DNA from: the human T2T-CHM13v2.0 reference genome, Homo sapiens
Length of the DNA: 64,000 bases
Assembly (NCBI RefSeq): GCF_009914755.1
Contig: NC_060940.1
Reading direction: 5' to 3' (one strand)
Below the pieces are notes generated by a model that was given only the letters and a program-made list of their open reading frames with translations, searched no databases and was not told the DNA's origin. Below are positions 1 to 13,371 of this stretch, piece by piece; within the stretch, counting starts at the first letter, position 1; the number at the start of each line of letters is the position of its first letter. The position numbers and the translations under genes were made by a program.

Positions 1-229
1 CAGATAAACATAGCCTTTCAAAAATGATCCTTCTCTTCACTCTGCCAGTCTCAAATTCCCACCGGCGCATACTTCATCTGCGCAGAGAAGCTCTGGCTGT
101 TTCTGTACCTTCTATTTGGCCTGCAGCCTAGACCGCAGACACAGAAGCTGAGTTAGGGCCCCCTCCCTAAGTGCTAAGGAGGATCAATGTTATTGCCACT
201 GGCAGCTCCCTGGCCCCTGCCGAAGCCTC

Positions 230-900
230 CTTCCAACAGGTTATAGGCTCAAGATATTTTGATGGTTGTTATCACTTATTATGGTTGACATATAACCATC
301 TGAGGATAGCATCTATTTTAATGTCTGAATTATTTTTTTCTAAAATTAATGGGCCACATCCTAAAACTCTCCCTGTTACAAAAGACAATTTGATTAATCA
401 CAAATAAAACCCCTCTGAGCATAAACGAATAAGGTTTGAGCCACTTCAAGTTATTTTTGCTCTCTGATAGAACCATTATCACATTTACAGCTTTTACAAT
501 GCCGAACCACATTCCTTTGATCATCTTATAAAATTAATTGATCTTGCTTATCTATTGTTCTATTTTAAATCATTTAATTGAGGATATTAAGAGAAGTAAT
601 GGTAACAACGAAAGCATTTATTAGTCACTGATGTTTAAACTTGCAGTGTGATTTCCATCATCTAAATTTCTCTATCACCAAACTCTATTCTTGTGGGAAT
701 TTACATATAGAGCACCTCCAGCCACAAATAATTTGCTATTGCTTAACGTCCTGAAGGACAGCCATACACTGTGGCAAATCACCGCAGTTATACTTAATTT
801 TAATTATTCTTTTAAATCAGATAGATACCCTGCAGTGAAATTCTTATAATTAAATAGAAATTAAAAGTTTCTAAAAGCCTTAACTTCAAATTTAAATGCA
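230..900. promoter_or_regulatory. Candidate conserved non-coding element (enhancer-like)
   Basis: No repeat recognised. AT-rich, with dense TAAT/ATTA words including the palindrome TGATTAATCA (391-400), TTAATTGA and TTTTATTA. Function is inferred. Confidence 0.35.
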
Positions 901-1113
901 AATGAATGCACCGGAATCAAAAAGATCCCCCTCTCCCCCACTCCAAAATTACAAGGGATTGTCTAAGACCTTAGACCAATCATGAAACTTTATTTTGGCA
1001 CCAAAGAGATCCTTGGGGCCTAAATTTATTCCATTTTGCAACACCTGGCCAGTGCCACCTGCTAGATAACTCTGGAAGACCCTGTTTTTCCAAGTGACAG
1101 GTGTTTAAGATAA

Positions 1114-1544
1114 TTATTTTGGTTTGGGTTCCCCTAGAAGTAGGCACCAAGATGAGGATTCATGTGCAGATTGTAGGGAAGTGGCCCCAGAAAACAGGAT
1201 GGTAAATGGAGGAGTAAAACAGGGAAAGGAAAGTAGCCAATAAAGAGTGTTATCAAGCAAATCAAACTGGGGCTCAGCACTGGTGGGGAACACTGGGAGC
1301 AAGTATAGAATGCATACACTTCTTGGAACTGTCCTGTCCAAGAGGGGAGGGAGCTGGGGTATTTGTCCACCAACTTTCATCATTCATGAATGTGGGCTGC
1401 TTCCAAAGAGCATCATTTCCCTGCATGTGAGCCCAGCCAGTGCTGCAGCCTGAGAAAGACCCCAGGCAAAGGGATGCAGGAGCTTAGACTTCCTGAAGGC
1501 CCTGAAGTGACAAGGCCTGAGGGGCACCAACAGTGTCTGCTACA
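1114..1544 (-). mobile_element. ERVL-class solo LTR (LTR16/LTR33-like)
   Basis: The minus strand starts TGTAGCAGACACTGTTGGTGCCCC and ends ...CTTCTAGGGGAACCCAAACCAAAA, matching recalled termini of this family. Confidence 0.6.
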
Positions 1545-1997
1545 AAAATCTAGCCTAGATGTTTCAGACTAGCAGCTCACTGCCTGAATGCAGCATGTGG
1601 GTGTGTTTTATTTAACCCATGCAAAGTTTACTTTAAAAAAAATGGGAAAGTTTTGCCTAAGAATTGGGATTTCTGCATCCTCTTGAAAAATTTGACCTAA
1701 CCAATCTAAGGTAGGAATGGGGTCTTTAAATCAAACCAACTAGCAAATATTTGGTGAGTAAGTTGTATGTGCCAAGTATTTTATTTACCTTGTAGTAAGT
1801 ACAAAAGACCCTAAGATTAGGTCCTTTTCTTCCAGAAAGTGGCAGACCCTTTGTGGCAACAAAATTGTATCAAGGTCTTACCTGCAGCTCAGAGGGAGGA
1901 TCGGATCCCAGAATTCTAGATAACTGTATGAAGCTTCATTCTCCATCTGCTCCCAAGACAAATCTGCCCTCCACATCTACCGACAGTCCGGCCCTGG

Positions 1998-2228
1998 TGA
2001 TAGCAGCAAGCACTTATAGAGCACTATGGTGTTCCATGAACTCTTTTTTGTGTAGCGCATGCATTTAGATTCGTCGAATTTTCACAGCAACCTACAGGGT
2101 AGGAACTGTCTTTCACAAAAGGAAATTGATGCTCGGCAAAGGTAAGTGACCTGTCCAGGGTAACACAGTAAGAGGCAAAGTGGGATTTGAATGCAGACAG
2201 TCTGATTCCTGGGTTTCAGCCTCTAATG
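1998..2228 (-). mobile_element. MIR SINE
   Basis: Reverse MIR core: AGGAAATTGATGCTC...AAGGTAAGTGACCTGTCCAGGGTAACACAG...GGGATTTGAATGCAGACAGTCTGATTCC. Confidence 0.75.
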
Positions 2229-2939
2229 CTTAGAAAGCAGGTTTTCCAAATGCCCGCCAGGTGCAGTGCCAATGCCGAGCTCCTCCCTCTTGTCCCTGTT
2301 GTCCTCCGCTCATGCACTCCTGTGCTGTCCTGGCAATTCAGAACCCAGCTTCCTTCCTCCCTGAAGCCTCTTCCTAAAACTGTGGCCCACTCCAGTCTCA
2401 AAGTTCTGCTGAATTCTGCAACACTTTTCATTTGAACTCTGCAACCTGATACTGAGTCCCACATGGTGGATCATCTGTCACTGACAGGGGTTACAGTGTT
2501 GAGGGTGGGGGAAAAAACATGACAGGTACAACCGCAGCTGGCAAGGTCAAATTCTCATCCAAAAATAATAAAAATGGCATTAAACATATTTAAAAAAATT
2601 CAAATCAAAATTTTAGAAGGTATCTGTTTCTGAAACAAATCAGCTTCTTTGCCATTAAAAAAACTCTCTGGAAGTTAACATTGGCTGTGACCTCAAGGTG
2701 CTCCAAGGAATGTTTGCCCTCTGATTTTGTGTCATAGATCCTTATGAAAGTTTTCAAGCTTGCTCTTACTGATTTGAAAATTTAATGTCACACATACCTG
2801 AAATCATGCTGGTTTTCTTTATCCTCAAAAAAATGATCAAAGTCCTTAAGGATACATTTTTCTACATTGTCTCAGACCCAAAACTCACATGGACAGAACT
2901 TAACAGACCTCTTCTCCTTACACAACAGCCTAGATCTCC

Positions 2940-3250
2940 CAGCAGAAAACTTGAAAGTCTTCAGGGGTGGGTGGGTCGTAAGAGTAAGTAAAATGAGTCA
3001 ATTAAGGACTGGAACAAATTGGGGTGCACATGCCTCATCTCACGGGGACATCAGCTTCTCAGCTCCAGCCAGCTATTGCCCGACAGGAAAATGGGTGCCT
3101 TTCGATTATTGAGGGAAAGCCAGAAATTCATATTTTAATATAAAATCTCCCAGCTTTTAAATGTTGGTAACTAATTTAATTATATTTTAAATGGCCAAAT
3201 TCACATGTGTGAGTTGCAAAAACCCAGCTGTGGGCCACCAGATTGTGGAG
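2940..3250. mobile_element. MER102-like hAT-Charlie DNA transposon remnant
   Basis: GCCAGAAATTCATATTTT...AAAATCTCCCAGCTTTTAAATGTTGGTAACTAATT...TGTGGGCCACCAGATTGTG resembles recalled MER102. Confidence 0.55.
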
Positions 3251-3489
3251 TGTGATCAGAAGGGTCAGGATAATCGCTTCATTGTTGTGTTGTTTAAGAG
3301 CAGGAACTTGTCCTGTATGAATGATGGCAGAGTTTAAAGTTTTGGAAACGACACATAAAACCAAGGCTGTAATTGCAGAGGGATTATACTTTTTTTAATC
3401 GAGGTGTTCATAATTAGTTCTTGTGCATTACATCTTTTCCCTTTCCAATATTGTAAGCACCCAATGGCGTCTTGTGCCTGTCCAATGGG

Positions 3490-3610
3490 TGACAAAAATC
3501 TATAGGCATCTACTCTGTGCCAGGCACTGCTCTAGACACTGGAGAAATGACAGTTAACAAAAAGGCTGAAATTCTCTGCCTTCGTGGAACTCACCTCTTA
3601 ATTGGGAAGA
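3490..3610 (-). mobile_element. L2 3' fragment
   Basis: GCATCTACTCTGTGCCAGGCACTGCTCTAGACACTGGAGA is the reverse complement of the L2 3' end. Confidence 0.65.
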
Positions 3611-5036
3611 TGACGTCCACCACACTTGGGATACAAAGATTCAAGGGAAGGCACTGAATATAGACACATGGAAAGAACGGATGTCCCTTGGTCTAAGCTC
3701 AATGTGGCCCAGCTCTGCCAGCTGCACAGCATGCTGTTCTTTCATGCATTAAAATCGAGACCCTCATAGTCATCTTTAGAACCGCATTTTCGCCTACATG
3801 TAGCTATAACCCAAGCTAGATTGAATATAAACTCCAGCACTTTTCTTGCTTCATCCCTGCCAGCTTTGATTGTTTCAGCGAAAACCATTTAGCAGACAAA
3901 ATATCTCCCTTCCAAGAATGATCATCTCTTAACCTGTCCTTTCAGGCTGAAGTCACTGGGAGATACTGAAGGGCCGTGCATGTTATTTGACAAGTGTCAC
4001 ATCTGTTACAAAAGTGGAGATGCAACCTTACAGCATTGCATGGTGCCATTTTGAACCTGGCGTGCTGGCAAGGTGCCATTAGAGGGTGACAGGAAACCTG
4101 ATAGCTCAGAGCTGAAACACAAGATACAAAGTAGTTATTTGCTGTGATTATGATCATAACCCTAACATCAGACTCACACACTCATTTTGCTCCAGACATG
4201 TGCACATGCGGTGCAGGAATTTCTGAGCTGCTCTGTGGCTGACAGAACTAAGACATTTCAACAACATATAGCATTTCAGAGTGAGCCTTCCCCTCACCCC
4301 AACTCCCATCCTTGCAGAAATAACACAAACTCATGGACCCACACGATAGATCAGGGACAGGAAGCCAAGGAGCAGTGTCCTTACTAAAAGGAATTCAATA
4401 AATTGTTGGTAAAAGCAAGTCTTCCTTTCTCACATACATAAGTGGACATAGTGCTGGAGTAGAATTAAAAATCTGGGTTCCAGTTTTAGCTCCAACTAAG
4501 TTGCATTAACAGAAGGTAGTTTTATTAGTTGCGCCGTGTTGGTTTTTTCCCGAGTTGCCACAGGGCTGCCCATGTGTTATTCTCTCTGCAGAATACTGCG
4601 GGAGCCCTTGCCGCGAGAAGAAGCTTAGTAAACATCTGCGTTGAGAGGCTTATTTTACCGATTAGTGGACAGAGGCCCAGCAAAGCTAAGCGCCTTCCTC
4701 AAAGCCACACATCAAGCATCTCCTCGGTGCCAGGCGGTGCCCTAAGTAGTGGAACTCACAGATGACTGAGACCAGGGTCTAGGGAGGAAGCATGGCACTT
4801 CACTACTACACGGATCAGAGCAATGGGTAAGGTGCTGGGGAAGCTACAGCTGAGTGACACCAACTCCAGGACACTGATCACAGATCCAGTCCTCCCTGCC
4901 TGCACCAGAATCCCATTCTCCTTTTAAAATAATGACTTATTGTTACTTGAAGAGCCATTTAGATTCACTAATCTATCTAACATCAACACTGGAGAAAATA
5001 CAGAGTGTGTATAGATTCTTGGGATTTAGGGCACAT

Positions 5037-5560
5037 CAGTCAGGAGTTTATTGATTGTGAGTGACAGAAAACACAACTGTAACTGCTTAGCAAAAATAAT
5101 TATTTTAAAATGTATTCTTATAAATAAAAAATTAAGATATCTGCCTTCAGGCATGGCTTGATCCAAGGGCTTTAACATCATCATCAGGACTCAGTTTCTC
5201 ACCACCTCTGCATTCTGCTTCACTCTGTTGGCTTTATTCTCAGACAGCCTTTCTCTGTGGTCACCCCTGGTAGCTCCAGACTCACTCCGCCTAGCTCCAC
5301 GTCCCACAGAAATAGAGTGTTTCTCTTCCTCATGAGCTTAAACAAAATTCCTATGCTTGACTCTCATTGGCCCAAATTGAGTCACATGTTTATCTCTGAA
5401 CCAATCACTGTGGCCAGAAGGATGGGATTATCTGATTGGCCCAACCAAAACACAGGTGAGGGTGGAGTCAACACCACCCAAACTACTTGACTTTGATATG
5501 AGAGGTAGTTAACCCTGAAGGAAAATTGAGAGGATTGTCAGATGGATGATTAAGTGAAAG
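5037..5560 (-). mobile_element. MaLR LTR (MLT1J/K-like)
   Basis: GTGACAGAAAACACAACT...CTTCAGGCATGGCTTGATCCAAGGGCT...TCTCATTGGCCC...GAACCAATCACTGTGGCCAG. Confidence 0.7.
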
Positions 5561-5699
5561 AAACAAAAGCTAACTACCAAAGGAGGTCAGACCTTGGAGA
5601 GAAAGCTGGGAGTGTGGGGAACCCCCAGATTGGTGGTAGAACTGGAGAAAGGTGAAGAGGAAGTTTCCAAAACCTCTTGTAGTTCATTCAGGGAAACGT

Positions 5700-6110
5700 G
5701 TGTAATGTTAATTCCAAAGAATTAACCAGATTTAGCAATTTCCTGAATTTGTATTCTGAAAAACGATGCCAGCCAAACACCAGGCACTTTCAAATTTGCT
5801 TCCTATTGCTAGCATGCTGACAAATTGCCAATATACATGCAGCAGGCGTTGTTAAGCCCCTCACATATTTATGCTGACTTCACGGGAGCAATAGATTCCA
5901 CGGCGGAGACACTCTTGCATATTTATTGGAAAGGTGCTCCGCAAGGCATGCTAGATGTTGGCTTACTGCCTCTCCATCTCTATTTCCAGGCGTCGTTAGT
6001 ATTGATTTGAATAAAATCATAATTGCAACAGAAGCCTTTGTGACTTAACTAGAAGCAATACACTCTACAGTATTCGACGTACCATTTGATGTCATTCTAG
6101 ACTGTTCTTG
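5700..6110. promoter_or_regulatory. Candidate conserved non-coding element
   Basis: No repeat recognised, several retained CpGs, two TGCTGAC half-MARE-like words (5815, 5872) and TAAT words. Function is inferred. Confidence 0.3.
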
Positions 6111-7590
6111 ACTCCAGGTGACTGATAATGTTCTAGATTGCTTTACTTTCTCCCCTTGCAGATGCCAGATGGAATGACACAGATTAAGAGGTCAGGAGTG
6201 ATCAGTGTTTACAGCTGAACAGAGGGTGGGAGCACACGCTACATCAGGCCCACGTTTGCTTGTAGAATTTTAACCCCTTTGCAGCCATTTCTTTCATATA
6301 ACCAGGGAGAAGACGGGGGTGGCCCTTATTCTCAGTTCCTCCTATTGTAGAGAAAAGAGGTGGAGGAGTGGGAGTAGGAGAAAATCCAGAGTCCAACTGT
6401 GTGAGAGCATGTTTCAGTTTCACAGTTTCCCACAAGGCTTGACAAAATCAACAGCATTTGGGCATGAATCACCCTGCCATCAGCCCCCAGAGCTGGGTCT
6501 TCTGATGGATTCATCCTTCCCCAAACAAAGACATACACTGTTCTCTGGTTCTAAAGATGATGGACTGTTCATGGGGCACGAGTCTGGGCATGTATCCCCA
6601 GGCTTGGAAAATCTGTTTTCCCTGACTGTGGGCCCCTCATGACCAACCACATGGGTCTATGAGAAGTCTGGCCAGGGCAGGGCATGTGGAGTTTGAGTGT
6701 GAGAGTGACTGGGTGAGGAAAGGACAGAACCCATGATTCTGGTTCCTCCCCAGAAGTGGCCAAGGAAAGGGAGACCAGGATCCTTCAGTGTTCCCCATGT
6801 GCAGGCATGGATGGCAGGGAACAGGACACAGACCAGGAGTTACAAACAGAAAAAAAAAAAGAAAGAAAAGAGGTTGTTTACCAATGAGACAGCAGGGGGA
6901 TGGTCATGTGCAACATTTTCTAGATAGTCAAAGCTACCCCAAAACCAAAAGTTAGTTATCTAGATGGACTTATTCACCACTTACATGTATAAACTTCCCA
7001 GGGGTACAGTTGGAGAAGAAATGCCTCTTCTGAAGGTGTGAATTTCCCGGGCATTTCTGTCCTTCCCTTTCGACAGTGAACCGGGGTTTCCTGAATGCAG
7101 GTCTGAGCTCCGTTTGGATCTGCACCTCCTCTCCCACCTCTCCCTGACACCAGCTTCACATCCTGAAGTTTAAACAAGGAGACAGCATTACACGCACTCC
7201 AGCAGCTTCATAGAGGGGCTTTTGGACCTGGCCTTGAATAAGAGATACAAGTAGATATTCCTTCAACCAGTTGTCTGGGAAGACACCCTCTATCCTGGGA
7301 GAGGAACTATTTAGATTCAGATGTCCTCAAATAGCTCTTGTCTCGTCTAGAGGATGACAGATGTGTAAACTACTATGAGAACAATTCACCTAGGTTCTAA
7401 TAATAGTGCTATTTTTCAGAAGAAGACAGTGACAGTGGGGTCCTGAGAGAGAGAGATAGGCCTAAGTTGGGAGGAAGGAAGTGGTGGCAGAAAAGGTATG
7501 CATTGGTCCTTGAGACACTTGACAAATGAGGATGGCACAGGCTCACACAGCATTTTCCTCTGCCAGGAGCTGGTCCACGTGCTTCACATC

Positions 7591-7951
7591 TGATATGGTT
7601 TGGCTGTGTCCCCACCCAAATCTCATCTTGAATTGTAGCTCCCACAATGCCCATGTGTTGTGGGAGGAACCTCGTGGGAGGTAATTGGATCATGGGGGGA
7701 CGAGTCTTTCCCTTGCTATTCTCTTGATGGTGAATAAGTCTCATGAGATCTGATGGTTCTATAAATGGGAGTTTCCCTGCATAAAGTTCTATTCTCTTGT
7801 CTGCTGCCAAGTGAGATGATCCTTTCTCCTTCCACCATGATTGTGAGGCCTCCCCAGCCACGTAGAACTGTGAGTCCATTCAACCTCTTTGTTTTGTAAA
7901 TTGCCCAGTCTTGAGTATGTCTTTATGAGCAGCGTGAAATGGACAAATACA
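7591..7951 (+). mobile_element. THE1 (THE1B/C-like) solo LTR
   Basis: Starts TGATATGGTTTGGCTGTGTCCCCACCCAAATCTCATCTTGAATTGTAGCTCCC and ends GGACAAATACA. 5-bp TSD ACATC at 7586-7590 and 7952-7956. Confidence 0.95.
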
Positions 7952-7956
7952 ACATC

Positions 7957-8205
7957 CATGACATCCTTTCATCTTTACAAGTCCATGAGGCAGGCACAGC
8001 TATTGTCCTAGATGAGGAAACTGAGGCACAGAGACAAGGCCAGGATGAGGGTGCAGCCCTAGAGTGAGTGCCTCCTTATATTCTGCACTCGAGTCCTAGC
8101 CAGCGCTGAGTGGTCAAGTCACTTGCTGAAGGTGACACAGCTAGAAAGTGGCAGAGCTGGGATCTGGAGCAAGGCAGTCTGGCTCCAGAGTCAGAGCACA
8201 TAACC
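7957..8205 (-). mobile_element. MIR SINE (interrupted by THE1 and a MER96 remnant)
   Basis: AGATGAGGAAACTGAGGCACAGAGA...AAGTCACTTGCTGAAGGTGACACAGCTAGAAAGTGGCAGAGCTGGGA...GGCAGTCTGGCTCCAGAG. Confidence 0.85.
8035..8108. mobile_element. MER96-like hAT MITE remnant
   Basis: CAAGGCCAGGA...GAGTGAGTGCCTCCTTATATTCTGCAC... splits the MIR core. Confidence 0.5.
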
Positions 8206-8219
8206 GAACCCTCCTGCTC

Positions 8220-8710
8220 CTTCACAAATGCTTATGCAGCTCCCACTGGGAACTAGGCCCCGCTGGAAGCTCTGGGTAGAATGGTGGGAAACAGATGCTG
8301 TCCCTGCCTATAGTAGAGAGGTTTACAAAAAAAGCAAATGTAACACTACAGCTGTGATAAACACTGCAAAGGCAAAGTTCATGGTGCTATGAGGATAAGA
8401 GGCTCTGATCAGTCCAGATGAGGGCAGGGGTCAGAAGAGCAAGGACAGCTTCCCTGATTGACAACCAGGCAGAGATCAGAAGCCTGAGTAGGAGTTCATT
8501 AGATGAAGGAAGGAATAGAGTGTTGCAAGTGAAGGGAATAGCACGTGCAAAGTCCCCCTGGCAGGAGGGAGCATGGCCCCTCCTGTGGCTGCAGAGGAGG
8601 AATGAATGAGTGGACACATGAAGAGGTGGGGCCAGGCGCAACCTTGAAGATTATAGCAAAGAGTTTGGTGTTTATCCTGAGGGCAATAGGGATGGGCTGG
8701 GAGGAGCTCC
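8220..8710 (-). mobile_element. L2 fragment
   Basis: GAAGGGAATAGCACGTGCAAAGTCCCCTGGCAGGAGGGAGCATGG...AAAGAGTTTGGTGTTTATCCTGAGGGCAATAGGGA. Confidence 0.75.
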
Positions 8711-9109
8711 AGTAAAACAAACAAATTAACTAACAGATGCAGAATCCTTGTGTTTGGGAATCTGTAATTTGTCAAGGCTAGGACAGAGTGGGTTCCTTAA
8801 GTGAGGCCAGAAGGGTGGAGATTTGGGAGAGTCAAGGATTCTCAGGAGGGTATGCTCTGCCTGGCAGGCTTGGGTAACTCCCAGGTAAGGTGAAACAGGG
8901 AAGGATTTGGCCAGCTTTGCAACAGAGTGAAGAAGAATGGAGAGAGAGGAACTGGAATCAGGGAGATGGGTGAGGAAGTTGTTGCAAGGTGGAAGAGTTG
9001 TCAAAAAGCTAAGGGTGTGGCACAAAATAAAGAGACATTGAGGGGGCACAACAGCAGAGACATACAGCCACCAACTGGAGGTGGAGGATGAGGATGGCAA
9101 TAACAACAG

Positions 9110-9590
9110 CTCTCCAACACTTTTTCAGTTTAGCCATTCTGGTGGGTGTTCGTGCAATCTCATTGTGGTTTTAATTTGTATTTCACTGATGAATAATAGT
9201 ATCAAGCACCTTTCCATATTCTTACTGGGCATTCATATGTCTTCTGTGAAGTTCCAGCTCAAATCTTTTGGCTATTTTTGTATTATTTTGCCCATTAAAA
9301 AATAGGGTTGTTTGTATTTTTATTATTGATTTACAGGTGTTCTTTATATATTGTGGATATAAATGTACAATTTGTAAATATTTTCTCCCAGTCTGTGTTT
9401 GGCTTTTTAATTTTCACAACAGTTTCTTTCAATGAGAAGATTTTTTAATCTTGATGAAGTTCATTTTATCAATATCTTCTCTGTTCTTATTAGTTCTTTT
9501 TGCCTCCTGTCTCACAAATCTTGACCTCTCCCAAGATAATAAAAATATTATCTTCTTTCTGGCTTCTTGAAGAAGCCTTATGGTTTATTT
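9110..9590 (-). mobile_element. Old L1 (L1M) ORF2 3' fragment
   Basis: TTTAGCCATTCTGGTGGGTGT...CTCATTGTGGTTTTAATTTGTATTTCACTGATGA, degenerate antisense L1. Confidence 0.8.
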
Positions 9591-10589
9591 TTATAAACTG
9601 TATTTTTATAAACCAGTCCCTGTTGACATTCTGGGGTGCCAGGACAATAAGTGATTGGAAAGATTTGAGCATTTATTTCTCTTTTTGAATACCAGCTCTT
9701 GTCCTGCCTCCATCCACCACATAGTCAAGGACCTCGTTAACACTTGCTTTCTAATTCCTGACACTAGTAATCTGTTCAGTAATCAGGTAAGCACATTGCT
9801 CAACCTTCCAGGCTTCCAGAGGGAAGAAGCAGACATCCTGCCTCCCAGAGAGAAAGCGTGTGTGCATTTTTGGTTTGTGTTTAATCACTTATGGCACAGA
9901 GTCTGGTGCTGGTAAAATCTTACTTGCATTATCTTTATAAAATATTTAGTCTTTTAATTATGTGAACTGCCAAGATTCTGGTGCATGCTTTAGTCATTTC
10001 CCAATTGAGCCTTCAGTACAATCTCTCGGACGGCCTCTTCTGAGCATCTATCACATGCTTACAATCTCTCCAAACCCATGGATCATATTTAAATGCTTTC
10101 CATATCCCATAATTCTCCTTTTACTGCTCTATTCAGTTAATTACACTTGCTCCCTGTTCATCTGAGACATACAGTTTAGGGCTGGGATTTGGAGACAAGG
10201 AAAAAAATAAAAAACAAACTTCATAACAAAAATTCCTGCACATTTGAGAAGTTTAATCCAGGTTTGTGTTCCAGCTTGCACTTTGAATTCTTTCCCTAAC
10301 CACCTCTAAGTAATTCCATCTGCCTCTGGGTTGGTTCCTATCTCTAAACCTACTGGTAGAAATCCCTTTGTATAAGGATCACCTTCAGGATTTTGTTGAA
10401 GATGTCTTCATATTTAATATGTTTCTAACACATCATCATCATCGCACTCATTCATGTCAGTGCCAGCAGGCCGTATCACTCAATTTTCTACAAAGAGTTG
10501 AGAATGAAAAAACCTGCACAGTATAGCCAGCTGGTGGGTAGTGATGCTATTTTTTTAAAAAACAGTAAAAATAAAAAGCATTTGTAAAT

Positions 10590-10614
10590 TGTGTGTGTGT
10601 GTGTGTATGTGTGT
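10590..10614. repeat. (TG)n microsatellite
   Basis: Seen directly. Confidence 0.9.
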
Positions 10615-10824
10615 CTGTAATTGGGTATAATAGCTAAAGTCATGACTATAATGCTATTATGATAAGCCTAACACTGATGAGATAGAAGCAGGAAAGATTT
10701 ATCCAGTGCTGGCCAACAGAAGAGAAACTTGCTATTTCATAACAGTGAAATAAAACTTAATGCAAAAGCTTTATCAAAAGCTTGATACAAATTCCAGCTG
10801 TGAAGGCAGGCAAAAGACAGAAAG

Positions 10825-11345
10825 CAGATGTTTCTCCTGTGGTCTCCAAGGCCTGTGTGATCAGCTCCTGGCTTTCCCTCTGGCCTCATCTCCCCCACTG
10901 CTCCTTCGTGCCCTCTGCTTTAACCACACCAGCATCCCCACTGTTCTTCAGACACACCATGGGTATTGCTACCACAGGGCCTTTGCACTTGCACTTTCCT
11001 CTCCTGGGAATGCTTTTCCTGGACTTAGCTCCCCTACTTCCTTATGCCTGGATTCCAAAAGTCACCTTCTCAATGAGATCTTCTTTGGCCCTTTATCTAA
11101 AATTTCAAAACCACCTCTCCAAAGCATCATGAACATTCTACTTCTCCACCTTATTTTCTTGGCCTGAGCACTTGTGGCCATCAAGTATGCTATCTATTTA
11201 ATTTATTTTTTTCTTATCATTTGCCTTCTACTAAAATGAAGCTCCATGAGAGAAGGGATTTTTCTTTTATTTTGCTGAGTGCCGTATTTCCAGTGCTGAC
11301 ATACAGCTGATTCTCAAAAGACATGAGTTAAATGAATAAACAAGT
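10825..11345 (+). mobile_element. L2 3' fragment
   Basis: CAGGGCCTTTGCACTTGCACTTTCCTCTCCTGGGAATGCTTTTCC...AAGCTCCATGAGAGAAGGGATTTT...AATGAATAAA. Confidence 0.8.
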
Positions 11346-11529
11346 AAAATCACAAAAATGGGTAATTCTCAAAGCACAGAAACAGTGTAGCACATACCTG
11401 TGGAAGAACTGTTAATGTAAATATGGAAACTGAGGAACATCAAAGAAAGCAAAGTTGCTAAGACAAGCTCTGCTAGTTGCCAACTCATTATTCCATAATC
11501 TCTTCTTCTTTTCCATAGAGCTCTGACTG

Positions 11530-11975
11530 GGGGAAAGCCAACATGGCAGCCAATCAAAAACTCCATTTCCCAGCCTCCCTTGCCTGTAGGAGTGTTCTCA
11601 TAACTAAGTTCTAGAAATAAGAGGACATTGTTGACTGAGGTTTCTAAGAAAGTGCCTTAAAAAGTTTACTGACTCAGCTGATGGGGGCCTTTTTGCCCTC
11701 TCTCCTTCCTCTTGTTTCTTTCTTTCCTAAAACACAGATGTGATGGTGGGTGCAGCAGGAGTCACCTTGTGATTCTGAGGTAACCTTGAAGATAGACATG
11801 GCAGCCAGAGATGGTGAAAGGGAAGGATAGAGTCTGGGGATGGGGTATGGCCATTGCATCACCAATGGGCAACTTTCCTCAAGACTTCATTTTATGAGAG
11901 AAAAACGAACCCCTGGCTGGTCAAAGTTGTTATTTGGAGTTGCAGTACTAATAGTTGAATGCAGTTACTAACAGT
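11530..11975 (+). mobile_element. MaLR LTR (MLT1H/J-like)
   Basis: CATTTCCCAGCCTCCCTTGCCTGTAGG...TAACTAAGTTCTAG...TTTTATGAGAGAAAAACGAACCCC. Confidence 0.65.
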
Positions 11976-12323
11976 TACTAACTCAAATTGTTGGACACCA
12001 TCAAAGCACCTGCTTTGCTTTCTTTGAGCACCCAGTGGTCATCCTGGGATGCTCTCGACATGGGCCATGCTTCAGAAAACTATGTTGTTCCCTGATTGTG
12101 AAGCATTTTCCACTCAGCGCTCCACTATTATAATGTCTTTGTTTCATGGCCATCCTACTACAATGGAGCTACATCAGATTCACCCAAATTTCAAAAAACA
12201 CAGTCATTACGCAAACCCGGGCTTGTGTTGAAAGGACAGAATCCCATAATCATCAATGATGACTCCAAAGTAGCTCTCATTTCCCAAGACATGGCCTAAT
12301 CAAAGGGTGCTTGAAGCAAATCA

Positions 12324-12923
<600 letters not shown>

Positions 12924-12949
12924 TTAGTCTAGCACCCACAATCACATGT

Positions 12950-13280
12950 ATTTCTGGGAACTGCTCCCTGCCTCTAACCACCTCCATCCACATTGTTAGG
13001 TGGATAGCATGGTCTTAGTAAATGTAACAGATGATTGGTCCAAGCTGAAGCAGCTGACCCAATGTGGGCCAATCAGAACCCTGTCCTAGGATTTTAGAAA
13101 TGGAACTGTGGTCTCTCGCAGGATGGTGGAAACTGAACATATATACATTTGGGAGCTTTTGTTGGTGATATCTTACCACTCAGACTGAGAAACAGAAATC
13201 CAGAACACAGAGACAAAAAGATATTGAAGCAGAAAGACATAAAACGTGTGTGTGTTGGTGAGAGGATAGAGAGAGGGGAA
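12950..13280 (+). mobile_element. ERVL/MaLR-type LTR, 5' part (its 3' end resumes near 14580-14645)
   Basis: TGATTGGTCCAAG...GACCCAATGTGGGCCAATCAGAACC. A terminal-like CTAGTTGGAGTCCATTTCTGTAATTTGCAGCCAAAACTTAACTA follows the L1. Confidence 0.5.
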
Positions 13281-13284
13281 GACA

Positions 13285-13287
13285 GAT

Positions 13288-13342
<55 letters not shown>

Positions 13343-13371
13343 GACAGATAGATAGATGACAGATAGATAGA
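13285..13371. repeat. (GATA)n tetranucleotide repeat
   Basis: Seen directly, with GACA variants. Confidence 0.95.

Noticed and set aside
1050-1068. CTCF-like motif (minus strand CTAGCAGGTGGCAC)
   Set aside because: It mismatches a near-invariant core C and cannot be supported without ChIP data.
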